IMG/VR virus record: IMGVR_UViG_3300025759_000064
Span: 1-64,000 of that record
Origin: a virus
Reading direction: 5' to 3' (one strand)
DNA length: 64,000 nt
The translations under genes were made by a program, and so were the position numbers. The notes beneath the pieces were generated by a model. That model saw only the letters and a list, made by a program, of their open reading frames with translations. It made no database searches and was not told where the DNA came from. Of this stretch, positions 39,339-49,351 are shown in pieces. Position 1 is the stretch's first letter. Each line of letters starts with the position of its first letter.

Positions 39339-41765
39339 TTAGACACCCCCGAATGAAACCTTGACCACTTTAACTACTCTATCGGAATAGCCGTATGTCT
39401 TAGATATTCTCTCCCAATCGCCTTTAGTGTTTAATATTGTACTAACATCCATAGATGTGATGTCTAGCATTTTCGCTAAGTAAAGAATGTCTGTAATAGA
39501 ATCTACGCTTAAATTATTAGAAGGTAAATGCTTGATAATTTCATCATCTTTTCGAGCATCTTCTATTTGTAATATTTCTACTGCTTTAATTAGTCTATCC
39601 ATGGCGGCATTATGCCCATCTTTACTTTTAGTAGGATAGTCAGAAAGAAAACGTTGGTAGGGGTCACCCATATTTTGTTGAAACTCTCGTTGTCTCTGAG
39701 AAGATACTACACCAACTGGTGGTACTTGGGTTTCTCCGGGGTAAAGCACTTGCGCTTGCTGAGGATGGTATTGTGGTCGAGGTAATCTAGACATTACATT
39801 TTGTACTGTTTCAGGAGACGCATAACCAAACTTTGCTCTCATTTGTTGGTCAGGAGTTATTTTTTTATTTGCAACTAATTGACGAAAGTGTTCTGTATTT
39901 GGGTCTACTTGCAATTGTGCTCTTCTTGCAGCATCGCTTAGTGGTGGTGGCGCACCACTAGTTGCAGCCGGAGGTGCACCGCCGGAAACTGGAACAGGTG
40001 CACCGGATATACCTTTTTCTTTACCCGGTTGTGGTTTTAATGTGGTTTCTTCGGGTTGCATAGATGCGCCGACTGGTGACATAGATGATGTCATGTCTGA
40101 ATATCTAATGTGTTCTGGCACACCTAATTGCCCCCTATCTTCGTGTGTACCTCCTTGAAGTATATTGTCTACAATTGGTTGTAATTGCTGTAATTCTTCT
40201 TGTGAAGGTATTTCTTTTCTTTCATGTCCCCCCGCTATGGTGTGGCTATGAAACAAATGGTCTAGCATTATTTTTACATTAGGCGCAGCCGCTCTTGTTT
40301 CAGGAGTATCATACAATCTAATTTTTGCCGCTTTCAAATCTTCGGGCGATAAATCATCTTCTGCATGATTGATTCCCTGAGATGCTGCAAGCACAACATT
40401 ACTCCATGCGTCTTTTGCTCTATTATGATGACCTATACCTCCTCTTACTTGATGTTGCTTATACGCTTCAATTTTTTCAGTATGGCTCATAAAATGGTCA
40501 AGCCCTTTTCCTTCTTCTGCTGTATCTCCATATCTCTGCCCATATAGATGATTCATTTTTCCAACAGTTTGACCTGCTTGTTTTATACTCCCATCTTCAT
40601 TAAACTTAGGATTTCTATTTTCACCGTAAACTGCTTGAAACGCTGGAAACTGAGATAAATAATTAGCCGCTTCTAATTGTCCTTGAGGTGTTTGTAATAA
40701 TACTTTTAGCGGCTTACCGTTTATTTCACCGGGTATATTTGCTAAATGTTTCATAGCCCCTGCGCTATCAACTATCAAGTTATTAACAACCCCTTCTCTA
40801 TTTTTCCCAGTTACTAAAGCCATGTGATGAAGAAAACTATCTACTGTTTGTTTTCTTGTTTGTCTTTTTCCACCCGGTGCTGCATCAATTTGAGGTATGT
40901 AGTAAACGTTAGGATAATGATGGGCTATTCCCCAAGATGTAATATTTTGAAAGGCTCTACTATCAGGTATTCTACTACCCCATTTTAATCTTTGACTTCC
41001 GTGTAATCTATCACCATCTAATTTACCTGAGTCTATCGAATTAGCACCAAACTGCATCCCACCTTTTCCATCAGGAACTAAATGTAATCTATGTGGTTTT
41101 ACATAAGGTTTCTTTACCCAACTATGTTTTTGCGGATTAGGATGTCCCAGTTGTGCCATAACTTCTCCAAGTTGTTTATTGAAAGGTATAGCATAAGATT
41201 CTAGATAAGTGCCACTTCTATGATTATCGCCGTGTCTATTAGTATACGTTGTAATTAAATTACCATCTTGAGTATAATTACTTCTTACTCTATGGTCTTG
41301 TTCCGTTAATGGTGCTAAATGCATTTTTCTCCAACCAACGCTATCTACATTAGGTAAATGATTGTCTTCTTTATGGTTTTGATTATGCATATCTATGGCT
41401 TTTTGAATTACATCTTTTGCTGGCGCTTTTATTCCATGTTCTAACAAAGAGTCCCCAACTGCACGTATTATTCCGTCAATACCATGCATGTGTTCTCCGC
41501 CGGATTCATCAGCGTATATTTGTTCTCCATGCATACCTGTTTTCCAATCACCGGGAAAAACGTGACCCATTCCGGGCACCCCCGTTTCTTCTTCCGAGTG
41601 AGCGCCAGTGTGAGCAAACGCTGGAATATCAGGCATATTTGGGTCTCGGTTATGAGCCTCAGGCGGTGGGAATCTTAGAGGATTCATTTTACCTGCAAAT
41701 AAACTATAATTACCATCGCCCTTTCTAAGTAGAAGAGATTTCATAATTATAGAGGATTTAATCAT
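39339..41765 (-). CDS. Putative internal head protein (808 aa)
   Basis: His/Gly/Pro-rich composition like the 1,804-aa protein; C-terminal helical/HTH-like segment. Confidence 0.6.
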   Translation of the reverse strand: MIKSSIIMKSLLLRKGDGNYSLFAGKMNPLRFPPPEAHNRDPNMPDIPAFAHTGAHSEEETGVPGMGHVFPGDWKTGMHGEQIYADESGGEHMHGIDGIIRAVGDSLLEHGIKAPAKDVIQKAIDMHNQNHKEDNHLPNVDSVGWRKMHLAPLTEQDHRVRSNYTQDGNLITTYTNRHGDNHRSGTYLESYAIPFNKQLGEVMAQLGHPNPQKHSWVKKPYVKPHRLHLVPDGKGGMQFGANSIDSGKLDGDRLHGSQRLKWGSRIPDSRAFQNITSWGIAHHYPNVYYIPQIDAAPGGKRQTRKQTVDSFLHHMALVTGKNREGVVNNLIVDSAGAMKHLANIPGEINGKPLKVLLQTPQGQLEAANYLSQFPAFQAVYGENRNPKFNEDGSIKQAGQTVGKMNHLYGQRYGDTAEEGKGLDHFMSHTEKIEAYKQHQVRGGIGHHNRAKDAWSNVVLAASQGINHAEDDLSPEDLKAAKIRLYDTPETRAAAPNVKIMLDHLFHSHTIAGGHERKEIPSQEELQQLQPIVDNILQGGTHEDRGQLGVPEHIRYSDMTSSMSPVGASMQPEETTLKPQPGKEKGISGAPVPVSGGAPPAATSGAPPPLSDAARRAQLQVDPNTEHFRQLVANKKITPDQQMRAKFGYASPETVQNVMSRLPRPQYHPQQAQVLYPGETQVPPVGVVSSQRQREFQQNMGDPYQRFLSDYPTKSKDGHNAAMDRLIKAVEILQIEDARKDDEIIKHLPSNNLSVDSITDILYLAKMLDITSMDVSTILNTKGDWERISKTYGYSDRVVKVVKVSFGGV

Positions 41766-43642
41766 GGAGTTCTACCGCCTCGACTTGTTAAGTGGTCTAA
41801 AGGGTTGATTCCAAAAGTACGAGGGTCATTAGTTGCATCTTCCGTTGCACCTTCCGGCCTAGTAGTTTCTTTAGTGGGCGCATTATTATGCGCTGGTAAA
41901 TTACTAGCAGAACCTACGTTTGAATCACCTTTACCTTTTTTCTTGGTTTCTTTTCTTTTCATCGCTCTTCGAGCGTCGTTAACGAGTTGGCGAAGTTCGG
42001 CCATGTCATAGTATGATAGTCCCCGCTTTTGTAATTCGCTACCTTCTCCAACTTCACTAGTCATCACAGGTGCACCTTGTATAGCAGAACTAGGTAATCT
42101 AGGTCTGTAAGTTGGACTCTGACCGGACATACCCTGAACACCAACGCCCATTCTTGGTTGCGACATTACAGGTGGACTAGGTATACTAGGCGATGGTAAT
42201 GTAGCCCTGCGCGGTGAAGATGGGGGCATTAGTGGTGGTGGTCTAATAGACCTAAGTGCAGGTCTTCTCATTTGTTGCGCTTGTCCGGGTAGTAAACTTT
42301 GCAATGTACCACCGCCAGTCAAACCTGCTTTGTAAGAACGTGCACCGAATCTTGACGGTGTAGATGAAACGGTTCGTATGTTACCTAAACGCTTTCGTGC
42401 CTCAGATTGACCGAGGTATTGTCTGTATCTTTGTACATCTTTAGACATAGGTTGTTTAGTTTTTACACCCCTGTGAGACATTTCGACAGCAAGATGCGCT
42501 CTACTTAATCCAGTTTTCTTCCCACCAGCAATACCACGCATTCTAGCCTTGGCTCTTCTAGATGTAGCACTGCCGGGTGTCATTCCGCCCGGTGGTCTCT
42601 TGAACTCACCAGTTGAAGGTCGCCATTTCTTCTGCCTTTCTTTATGTGCTTTTCTTGCTTTTGCCCCTTTCTTTCTTTTCGGCTTTTTACCTACAAAGCC
42701 CTGTCTCTCGCTTTTGAGTAATTGAAATGCTATTTCTATGGGATTACCTTTCAAATCACCCATCATTGACTGGTCAAAAGACGGTTGTGAGTTTTTATGT
42801 TTCAACGCTTTCAGAGTAGCCATGTACATACTCATATTAATCACTGCTAAATCTTCGTGATTCATGTCGTGATAATTAGTTTGATTTCTCATATTTTGTA
42901 AAAGGTTATTAGCAGGGTCTGACAATTGCCTTGGAGCACCTCGCGGAGAACGACTCATCACCATGTAATCATGTAATAGTTTCAAATCACTTTCAGTTTC
43001 ACGCAATTGAGGCTCAAATGCCGCAACACCTTCATTGCTTCTTGTCAACTCATTTACAGCATCGTCATGGTCTTGTACCATTGGATGATTTACATTCATG
43101 TGTAAGAGTGGATATCTGTTTTCATCAAATGAGTTACCAAACATACTCATCTCATTTATATCACCATCTAAATATGACTGTAAATGTTCATCTTTGTATG
43201 CTTTTAATAATTGGAATGCTATTTCCATAGGTTCTCCCATGGCAAAGTTCTGCCCTCCGGCAAAACCCGGCCCTCTAGCCTGATTTGCTAAACTTGTAAG
43301 TGCGCCGTAATTACCCGGAGTACCAGTCATCAAAGATGGCTCTAACTCATTATCAAACTTAGTAGGTTGTAAATCTTCATCTTCATCTTCAACGGCAGGT
43401 AAGTCAGCAGTTGTAATAGAAAGATGTTTTAATCGCTTCATTTCATTTGCTCTATCTTTACGTTCTTGTTTTTTACGGTCAATACGAGCATCACGATGTT
43501 CTGTATCTTCTCCGCCGTATGCACCTTCTTCTTCGTGATTTGCGCGGAACATGTGAGAAGATTCACTTCTCGGTCCATACATTCGCGTATCGCTACCCGT
43601 ACTTGTCATACCTGATTTTAGAATACGCACAGGTTTACTCAT
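41762..43642 (-). CDS. Putative internal polyprotein with two P[M/I]EIAFQLLK motifs
   Basis: Motifs PMEIAFQLLKA and PIEIAFQLLKS separate acidic and very basic segments. Probable start MSKPVRILK at 43642. Confidence 0.65.
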   Translation of the reverse strand: MSKPVRILKSGMTSTGSDTRMYGPRSESSHMFRANHEEEGAYGGEDTEHRDARIDRKKQERKDRANEMKRLKHLSITTADLPAVEDEDEDLQPTKFDNELEPSLMTGTPGNYGALTSLANQARGPGFAGGQNFAMGEPMEIAFQLLKAYKDEHLQSYLDGDINEMSMFGNSFDENRYPLLHMNVNHPMVQDHDDAVNELTRSNEGVAAFEPQLRETESDLKLLHDYMVMSRSPRGAPRQLSDPANNLLQNMRNQTNYHDMNHEDLAVINMSMYMATLKALKHKNSQPSFDQSMMGDLKGNPIEIAFQLLKSERQGFVGKKPKRKKGAKARKAHKERQKKWRPSTGEFKRPPGGMTPGSATSRRAKARMRGIAGGKKTGLSRAHLAVEMSHRGVKTKQPMSKDVQRYRQYLGQSEARKRLGNIRTVSSTPSRFGARSYKAGLTGGGTLQSLLPGQAQQMRRPALRSIRPPPLMPPSSPRRATLPSPSIPSPPVMSQPRMGVGVQGMSGQSPTYRPRLPSSAIQGAPVMTSEVGEGSELQKRGLSYYDMAELRQLVNDARRAMKRKETKKKGKGDSNVGSASNLPAHNNAPTKETTRPEGATEDATNDPRTFGINPLDHLTSRGGRTP

Positions 43643-44039
43643 GTTGAACCCCCGCAAAATTAAATGACGTTAACATAACAAGTTTTCCGATATTACGATA
43701 AAACAAAGGAACGGTAGATGGGGTAGTAAACTTTGTACCCATTTCTTCACAGTGTTCTAAATAATTATAGCAACTATGACGTATTTGTTCTCTTAACGGT
43801 AAAACAATTTCAGGTTCATCAGTATCATCTAATTGTTTCACACATTCTATAATATGCATTAAACTATCTTCATTAACTAGGACATTGGCTTCTTTGAATG
43901 CATGGTATCTAAAACGTTCTGTTACCTTGACACAATAATCAAAGAACAAAGGATATTGTGATTTTTCCATATTTTCACCCGATAAGAATGAAAGATAGCC
44001 CGGATGCTGTGTTTGCATTAAATCAACCACAGGTATCAC
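43635..44039 (-). CDS. Hypothetical protein (134 aa)
   Basis: Coupled ORF in the operon. Confidence 0.6.
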   Translation of the reverse strand: MIPVVDLMQTQHPGYLSFLSGENMEKSQYPLFFDYCVKVTERFRYHAFKEANVLVNEDSLMHIIECVKQLDDTDEPEIVLPLREQIRHSCYNYLEHCEEMGTKFTTPSTVPLFYRNIGKLVMLTSFNFAGVQHE

Positions 44040-44719
44040 AGCACTTCCTCCATCTCTGCTTGTAATTTACTTTTAATTCTCTTCCAACTATCAGGACTTT
44101 CTTTTGCAAGTTCAACTTTTAGAATATTGATAGTTTGATTAACTTGTGTACCATCTGTTTGTGTACCCCATTTATCTTGAAAGCCAGTTAAATCTTTTAT
44201 TGATTCTCTTACTTCTTTATGTAAAGTAACTGCATTTCTTACAAAGCCTTCTTCATGCACACTACCTTCTTCCATCAATTCAGACAACTTGTTGTTTAAT
44301 TTTTCAACATTGCTTCTTAAAACAGTTATTTCATTTCCAACCGTAATTGCGACCTCAGTTGCTGCTGACCTTTGAACCAACGGCTGAAAGTGATGTTTCA
44401 TGTGATGATACACAGTAGTCTCCTTAATACCTAGTTCTTCTGCAATTAATTCAGATTGAGTACCATCGGAAAAGAATCGATTTTCATATTCTGCTCTATT
44501 CTCACTTGAACAAATTACGCAAGAAGGGTTTGCGGCCATATGGTATTGACCCATGTGATTACGGTAATGTCGGTCAGCAGTATTAGCCCTCCAACCCATA
44601 TCTTTATCCAACTGTTCACAGGATATTTCGCCACTTTTGATGGCCTCCTCAAGCACACTTCTGTCGTCACTTTGACAGAACGCGCATGAACGTTTCATAA
44701 CTGGCTCTCGCTCAACCAT
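44036..44719 (-). CDS. Putative terminase small subunit (227 aa)
   Basis: Two tandem CxxC...HTH...HxxxH units, then a coiled coil and C-terminal strand (QVNQTINIL). Upstream of terL. Confidence 0.55.
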   Translation of the reverse strand: MVEREPVMKRSCAFCQSDDRSVLEEAIKSGEISCEQLDKDMGWRANTADRHYRNHMGQYHMAANPSCVICSSENRAEYENRFFSDGTQSELIAEELGIKETTVYHHMKHHFQPLVQRSAATEVAITVGNEITVLRSNVEKLNNKLSELMEEGSVHEEGFVRNAVTLHKEVRESIKDLTGFQDKWGTQTDGTQVNQTINILKVELAKESPDSWKRIKSKLQAEMEEVL

Positions 44720-44755
44720 GTGTGACCGGAATACTATGTGGTTAATCAGGGTTGC

Positions 44756-45016
44756 TTAGATAAACCGCGTTATTCTCTGATATATAGAGGTCAAGAGTAT
44801 AAAGGAAAAAAATACTCCCACCATATACATTGACATTTCTGATTGGCTAATATCAGCATTCTTGAATATTAAAATCCCCATGAACACAAGTATAGCACTA
44901 ATGAGTTGTACCATTACCATATCTACTATAACTTCTCTTTTTGGAGCAAGCATGTGCATTGACATATCTGCTATTTGTCTAGGTACTGGTACACCGAAAT
45001 TATTACTACCCATCAT
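44756..45016 (-). CDS. Small 2-TM membrane protein (86 aa)
   Basis: Two hydrophobic stretches: MVMVQLISAILVFMGILIF and MYMVGVFFSFILLTSIY. Confidence 0.75.
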   Translation of the reverse strand: MMGSNNFGVPVPRQIADMSMHMLAPKREVIVDMVMVQLISAILVFMGILIFKNADISQSEMSMYMVGVFFSFILLTSIYQRITRFI

Positions 45017-45660
45017 TATACTCTACCTCCTGTGAGGAAATTACGGAAGAAAGTACCACTACCTTGCGCTACGTTATTTATCAATCCGGGGTCTGCTAAT
45101 GCATTTGTTAATTGACTTTGTAGCATACTTTGTTGAGCATTTTGCAACGTTTGTTGTCTTTGATTATCTGCTTGTGCTATGGTTTGATTTACCATATTAG
45201 TCATAGAGTTCATTTGTGACATTACGTTTTCAGAACTCATAGTCTGTAACTCTGTTGGTAAACTAGCCACATCTAATTTGAATATTCCATTCTCTTCATC
45301 AAAAGTGTAATTAGCATTTTTTAACACATTTAGTAAAGAAAAAGTGTTTATCTGACTAATAACATCTAACAGCATAGGAAATAATTGTGATTGAAGAAAT
45401 CTCTCCACAGGGTAAGAAGTGTTTAACATCGTTAACAAAATCTCTGTATCACTAGGTGGTACAATGGCTTGTTGATTGTAAGGGTCTTGACCAGTAGCAC
45501 CCGCCCACGCTGCGCTTAGAGCACTCGGTTGCTGAGGTTGTTGATACCATTGTTGCGGTGGAGCGGTATATCCACTACCGTAATTTGTGTTAGGCGCTCC
45601 AGTTTGACTTAGATTAAGTGCGCTAGAAGCGGGTTGTTGATTATTCCAATTCATTGTCAT
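45016..45660 (-). CDS. Gln/Asn-rich protein with coiled coil and C-terminal amphipathic helix (214 aa)
   Basis: QQP-rich N-terminus, Q/M-rich helix, ends in GTFFRNFLTGG. Confidence 0.7.
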   Translation of the reverse strand: MTMNWNNQQPASSALNLSQTGAPNTNYGSGYTAPPQQWYQQPQQPSALSAAWAGATGQDPYNQQAIVPPSDTEILLTMLNTSYPVERFLQSQLFPMLLDVISQINTFSLLNVLKNANYTFDEENGIFKLDVASLPTELQTMSSENVMSQMNSMTNMVNQTIAQADNQRQQTLQNAQQSMLQSQLTNALADPGLINNVAQGSGTFFRNFLTGGRV

Positions 45661-46625
45661 TGCATACCCTCCAACACTGCTTCCGGTATCAACGGAGGGG
45701 GGTTTATGGTTTGAGCCTGTTGGTTTAGAATATCTTGGAATGCAATGTTAGGCGTAGTCATATCTCTAAGTTCTTTTTGAAACATTCTCATATCAAAAGT
45801 AATTGTCGTAATATCATTATCGCCGCTAACTGGATTAACGTAATGTTGCATTGTAATACCTTTACTTTTTCTTACATCTGCTGAAATCTCAGCAAAGAAA
45901 GGTTCGTATTTAGTAATCATAGGATGTATTGGACCTGTCTGCCCAGCAGTAATAGTAGAAACTGGTACAGTAACTATACTGACTCCTCTTTTTATCTTAT
46001 CACGAAATCGACTAGGTTTCATTTCATCTTCAACATCTTGCTGTTCTTCCCATTTACAAAGTAAATGATACAAATGTAAATGTTCAGGACAATAAGTTGC
46101 TCTCATTTTTCTACCACTTGTTACTCCTTCTCTTGCTATGAATGCTTCTGCCTCACCTGTAACTGGATTTTGCCAGTACATATCCCATAGAGTTTTACCA
46201 GTATCTTCATCACTTATTCTAGAATATAAATTATCATGTTGTATTAATTCTTTTACATTACATCCATCAACACAACAGACAGCAGTATCTTTGTTATACA
46301 TATATTTGCTGTGACGGAATAATCTACGAGGGTCAAATATGGAGCGTTTTGTTGGGCTTAATAATTTGTAAGCCTGACGAATATCTTGTTTTCTTGCTTT
46401 GTAAGGATTAGCGTGCCTCGATGGATAGAAGTTAACCTTAGGCACTTCTATGTTCTTTTCCATAGACATTCTTTGCATCTGTTGTTGTGCTGCTGCTTGT
46501 TCCATTAGAGCAGCATGACTAAAATTAGGATTACCTTGTTGTGATAAAGCCATTAATGTAGCATCATTCACTTGACCTAGATTCGGTTGCTGCTGAGAAT
46601 AAAACGGATTCATGTTCATTACCAT
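45657..46625 (-). CDS. Hypothetical protein with Gln-rich N-terminus and Cys/His ligands (~322 aa)
   Basis: CCVDGC...YCPEH. Start moved to ATG 46625 (GGAGTGA RBS), downstream of the AbrB ORF. Confidence 0.7.
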   Translation of the reverse strand: MVMNMNPFYSQQQPNLGQVNDATLMALSQQGNPNFSHAALMEQAAAQQQMQRMSMEKNIEVPKVNFYPSRHANPYKARKQDIRQAYKLLSPTKRSIFDPRRLFRHSKYMYNKDTAVCCVDGCNVKELIQHDNLYSRISDEDTGKTLWDMYWQNPVTGEAEAFIAREGVTSGRKMRATYCPEHLHLYHLLCKWEEQQDVEDEMKPSRFRDKIKRGVSIVTVPVSTITAGQTGPIHPMITKYEPFFAEISADVRKSKGITMQHYVNPVSGDNDITTITFDMRMFQKELRDMTTPNIAFQDILNQQAQTINPPPLIPEAVLEGMQ

Positions 46626-46630
46626 GCGTA

Positions 46631-46810
46631 TCACTCCTGTGGGCTTACTGAAATAGACATTTCGCCATCTTTTACTATTAATGACCACTCTATTTTAGAG
46701 CCAGCAGACAAACCAAATTGCTCTACTATCCACATAGGAATAGTAGTTCTAAGAGAATTACTAGAGCCTCCTGTGGAGACTAAGGCTGTTGTCGACGTGC
46801 CCTTACCCAT
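46631..46810 (-). CDS. AbrB/MazE/SpoVT-family DNA-binding protein (59 aa; not in ORF track)
   Basis: MGKGTSTTALVSTGGSSNSLRTTIPMWIVEQFGLSAGSKIEWSLIVKDGEMSISVSPQE; SLRTTIPxxIVxxFGLxxGxxIEW is the archaeal swapped-hairpin signature. Confidence 0.8.
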   Translation of the reverse strand: MGKGTSTTALVSTGGSSNSLRTTIPMWIVEQFGLSAGSKIEWSLIVKDGEMSISVSPQE

Positions 46811-46852
46811 GTCTCTCGCACACCCTACTCATCTAAAAGGTCACTGTTGAGG

Positions 46853-47578
46853 TCAGTAATCTACCATCTCTAATAATGTGTTTTCTACATTCCATCCTAT
46901 ACGTGTTGCCATGAAAGAACGTCTTGTTGGAATACCTGCTTTTTGTAATCTAATTAGGTCTTCTCTAAAAGGGTCAAATATCTTATGTTCTCCAATTCTA
47001 CCTTCTCTCCATAATTGAGCGGCCTTGTTATCAAAATATCTATCCGCTTTATTAGCAACTAGAAGAATCATTTTTGGTGCATACTTTTTCCCTTTTCTCC
47101 AACTTTTCCAATTTCTATATCTATAATTTCTTTCTATTATATTATCTACTAAAAATCTAAATCCACCTATTTGGGTTAAAGCATCGTCGCCACCTTTGAA
47201 AGCCCTATCATCAAACATAAATATCGCATATTCGCATTGTCTAGCGACCATATCATCTATCCAAAGATTCCAATATCTTTCTTCTCCACCTAAATCAGCA
47301 GAGTGAATAACTCTTCTCTCTCCTTCCCAACGCACTCTTTTACGTGTAGGTTTAGGTAAAATATAGCGAGTTATTAATTTGAAATGTTTAGTCCTTTCGT
47401 GTTCAGGTATTTCTTCCATTTCACCGGGCGTAGTCATATATTTGTCTAAAGTAGTTTTACCAACCATAGACGCGCCATATATTCCCACTCTTCTAGATTT
47501 CCAATTATTGTAGGCTTGTTTACCGTATAAGGCTACACCCACTAATATACTGCCGCTTGCCGCAACCATATCAATCAA
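46853..47578 (-). CDS. Arf/Sar-like small GTPase with N-terminal hydrophobic helix (241 aa)
   Basis: G1 GASMVGKTT, G2 candidate T (HERT), G3 DLGGE followed by RYWNLW, AIFMFD strand, G4 LVANKAD, G5-like MATRIGWNV. Confidence 0.85.
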   Translation of the reverse strand: MIDMVAASGSILVGVALYGKQAYNNWKSRRVGIYGASMVGKTTLDKYMTTPGEMEEIPEHERTKHFKLITRYILPKPTRKRVRWEGERRVIHSADLGGEERYWNLWIDDMVARQCEYAIFMFDDRAFKGGDDALTQIGGFRFLVDNIIERNYRYRNWKSWRKGKKYAPKMILLVANKADRYFDNKAAQLWREGRIGEHKIFDPFREDLIRLQKAGIPTRRSFMATRIGWNVENTLLEMVDY

Positions 47579-47862
47579 CTAAACTTATTTGTTAACCATG
47601 TTCCAAAGTCTGCTACTTTTTGATATACCCATTCAACTGTCATTTCCCATAAGTTCCAATCTGTATTGGCTTCCATTGCAGAAACAGCCATTGCTGCACC
47701 GACAGAACATAATATTGTTCTAATCCAACCCAGTCCCCATTCGTAGGTATTATCTACTGTATTTGCTAAATGCATAGCACGCAGTGTTTCTTCAACTGAA
47801 TCATCACCAACATTGCGAAAAATACGCAATGGAGAAGGAATTAACTGTCCGGGTAGTACCAT
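47575..47862 (-). CDS. Small membrane-associated protein (95 aa)
   Basis: Hydrophobic WIRTILCSVGAAMAVSAM plus Trp-rich amphipathic C-terminus; ATGA overlap with the GTPase. Confidence 0.7.
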   Translation of the reverse strand: MVLPGQLIPSPLRIFRNVGDDSVEETLRAMHLANTVDNTYEWGLGWIRTILCSVGAAMAVSAMEANTDWNLWEMTVEWVYQKVADFGTWLTNKFS

Positions 47863-47873
47863 ACTGCTTTACC

Positions 47874-48539
47874 TCAGGAGGCTTTGTATCTTAAATCCGG
47901 CGTACCGTCTTTCTTTAATCGCTGATTTGTTGGTTGCCCATCTCTTGGTGGTATAGGTAATGTTCGTGGAGGTAAGTTAGACTGGCTTGTCATTGCATCT
48001 ACTGCTCTTTGTGTATTCGACAAACCTAGATTCATCGGTGCTTCTTTTTGTGCAGAATGAGTAGGTACTCCAAATGGATTAGCGGTGTTATGATAATCAC
48101 CAGCGACACCATCGGATATATTACTACCATTAAAGAACTGACTATTTTGCATTATTCTACTAGGGTCTTCTTGCATTAAACGTAATTCATGTTCTAATTG
48201 TAATTCCATTTGTCTTAATTCTAAGTCTGCTCTACGTTGGTCAAAACCCATTTGTTGCTGTCTATACATGTTTTGTCTATTTCTTTGCATTTCAGCAACT
48301 TCTACTTTTTCTTTCATAGATTGTTCAAAGAACATTTTGAATAAGTAATAGGCTATTGTTTGTACTGCGAGCGCACCCATAGCATACGTCATTCCATTAA
48401 TAGTGGAATTAGCATTAGCCCCTGTTGGTAACCATAACCCTGAACTATACACTCCTACTGCTACTCCTACTAACGCAGATTGGGACAAAATTAGCCCTGT
48501 CATTTTCATTTCATTTGTATCTCCGATGTCTCTACTCAT
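47874..48539 (-). CDS. 2-TM membrane protein with coiled coil (221 aa)
   Basis: Two N-terminal TM segments, Q/E/R coiled coil, C-terminal RLKKDGTPDLRYK motif. Confidence 0.75.
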   Translation of the reverse strand: MSRDIGDTNEMKMTGLILSQSALVGVAVGVYSSGLWLPTGANANSTINGMTYAMGALAVQTIAYYLFKMFFEQSMKEKVEVAEMQRNRQNMYRQQQMGFDQRRADLELRQMELQLEHELRLMQEDPSRIMQNSQFFNGSNISDGVAGDYHNTANPFGVPTHSAQKEAPMNLGLSNTQRAVDAMTSQSNLPPRTLPIPPRDGQPTNQRLKKDGTPDLRYKAS

Positions 48540-48659
48540 ACTGTGACCTCGCTCTAGCCCACGGTGGGGGTCATCTTAAGCCTTATCTGTCCGAATATTC
48601 TAATGTCTTGTATATACATAAAGAATAATATGTACTATTGTATAGATAGACAATCGGAA

Positions 48660-49136
48660 TCATCGGACAGGCCATATACCTTCAGGTGCATATTTTTGCC
48701 ACATAGATTGAGCCTCAGGTGATTGGTCATTATCAGGGGTTAATGTTTGGTCATAATTAGATAACACTTCTGCCATAGTATCATAGAGATTTTTAGCATA
48801 TCCTCTTTGTCGATAAGGTTGTTCTGTTCTCGCATTCATAACACTGGTAGTGTTTCTATCGCCTAAAGTTCTAGCATTCATTCTATTCCTATCACTAATA
48901 TTCCCAGCGATATTTAATCTAGGTCGTGTTCTTTTCAAAGGTTTACCAAAATAAGTTCCACCGTTTTCTCGCCTTCTAACATCTATGTCTGTTTGTAATA
49001 TTTCATTAGTAACAGGGTCTTGAAAATCAGCAGCCCACGTATCGTGTTCGCCTGATGGTTCAGATGTTACTCTTCTTAATGAATCGGGAATCATAGGCGC
49101 TTTGAGCACAATCCACGCTTGGTCGAAGGCGGTCAT
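48660..49136 (-). CDS. Leader-bearing GNAT-like acetyltransferase (158 aa)
   Basis: MTAFDQAWIVLK leader; motif A TEQPYRQRGYAKNLY; DQSPEAQSMW. Confidence 0.7.
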   Translation of the reverse strand: MTAFDQAWIVLKAPMIPDSLRRVTSEPSGEHDTWAADFQDPVTNEILQTDIDVRRRENGGTYFGKPLKRTRPRLNIAGNISDRNRMNARTLGDRNTTSVMNARTEQPYRQRGYAKNLYDTMAEVLSNYDQTLTPDNDQSPEAQSMWQKYAPEGIWPVR

Positions 49137-49351
49137 TGATTATCACTCCACCAAGTATCTACTTCAGGGTCATTCATCAAATCTTCATTAAAATAATAGA
49201 AATGCTTCTTGTAACAATCATCACATAACATTCTTGGAAAATCAACGCCATCATCAAGTGTATGATTCTGACTGTTTAACAAAGCACCACAATGTGAACA
49301 AGCGCCCACTTCTAATTTTAGCAAAGCCCACGCTTGGTCGAAGGGGTTCAT
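49133..49351 (-). CDS. Leader-bearing Zn-finger protein (72 aa)
   Basis: MNPFDQAWALLK leader; CSHC...CDDC. Confidence 0.7.
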   Translation of the reverse strand: MNPFDQAWALLKLEVGACSHCGALLNSQNHTLDDGVDFPRMLCDDCYKKHFYYFNEDLMNDPEVDTWWSDNQ

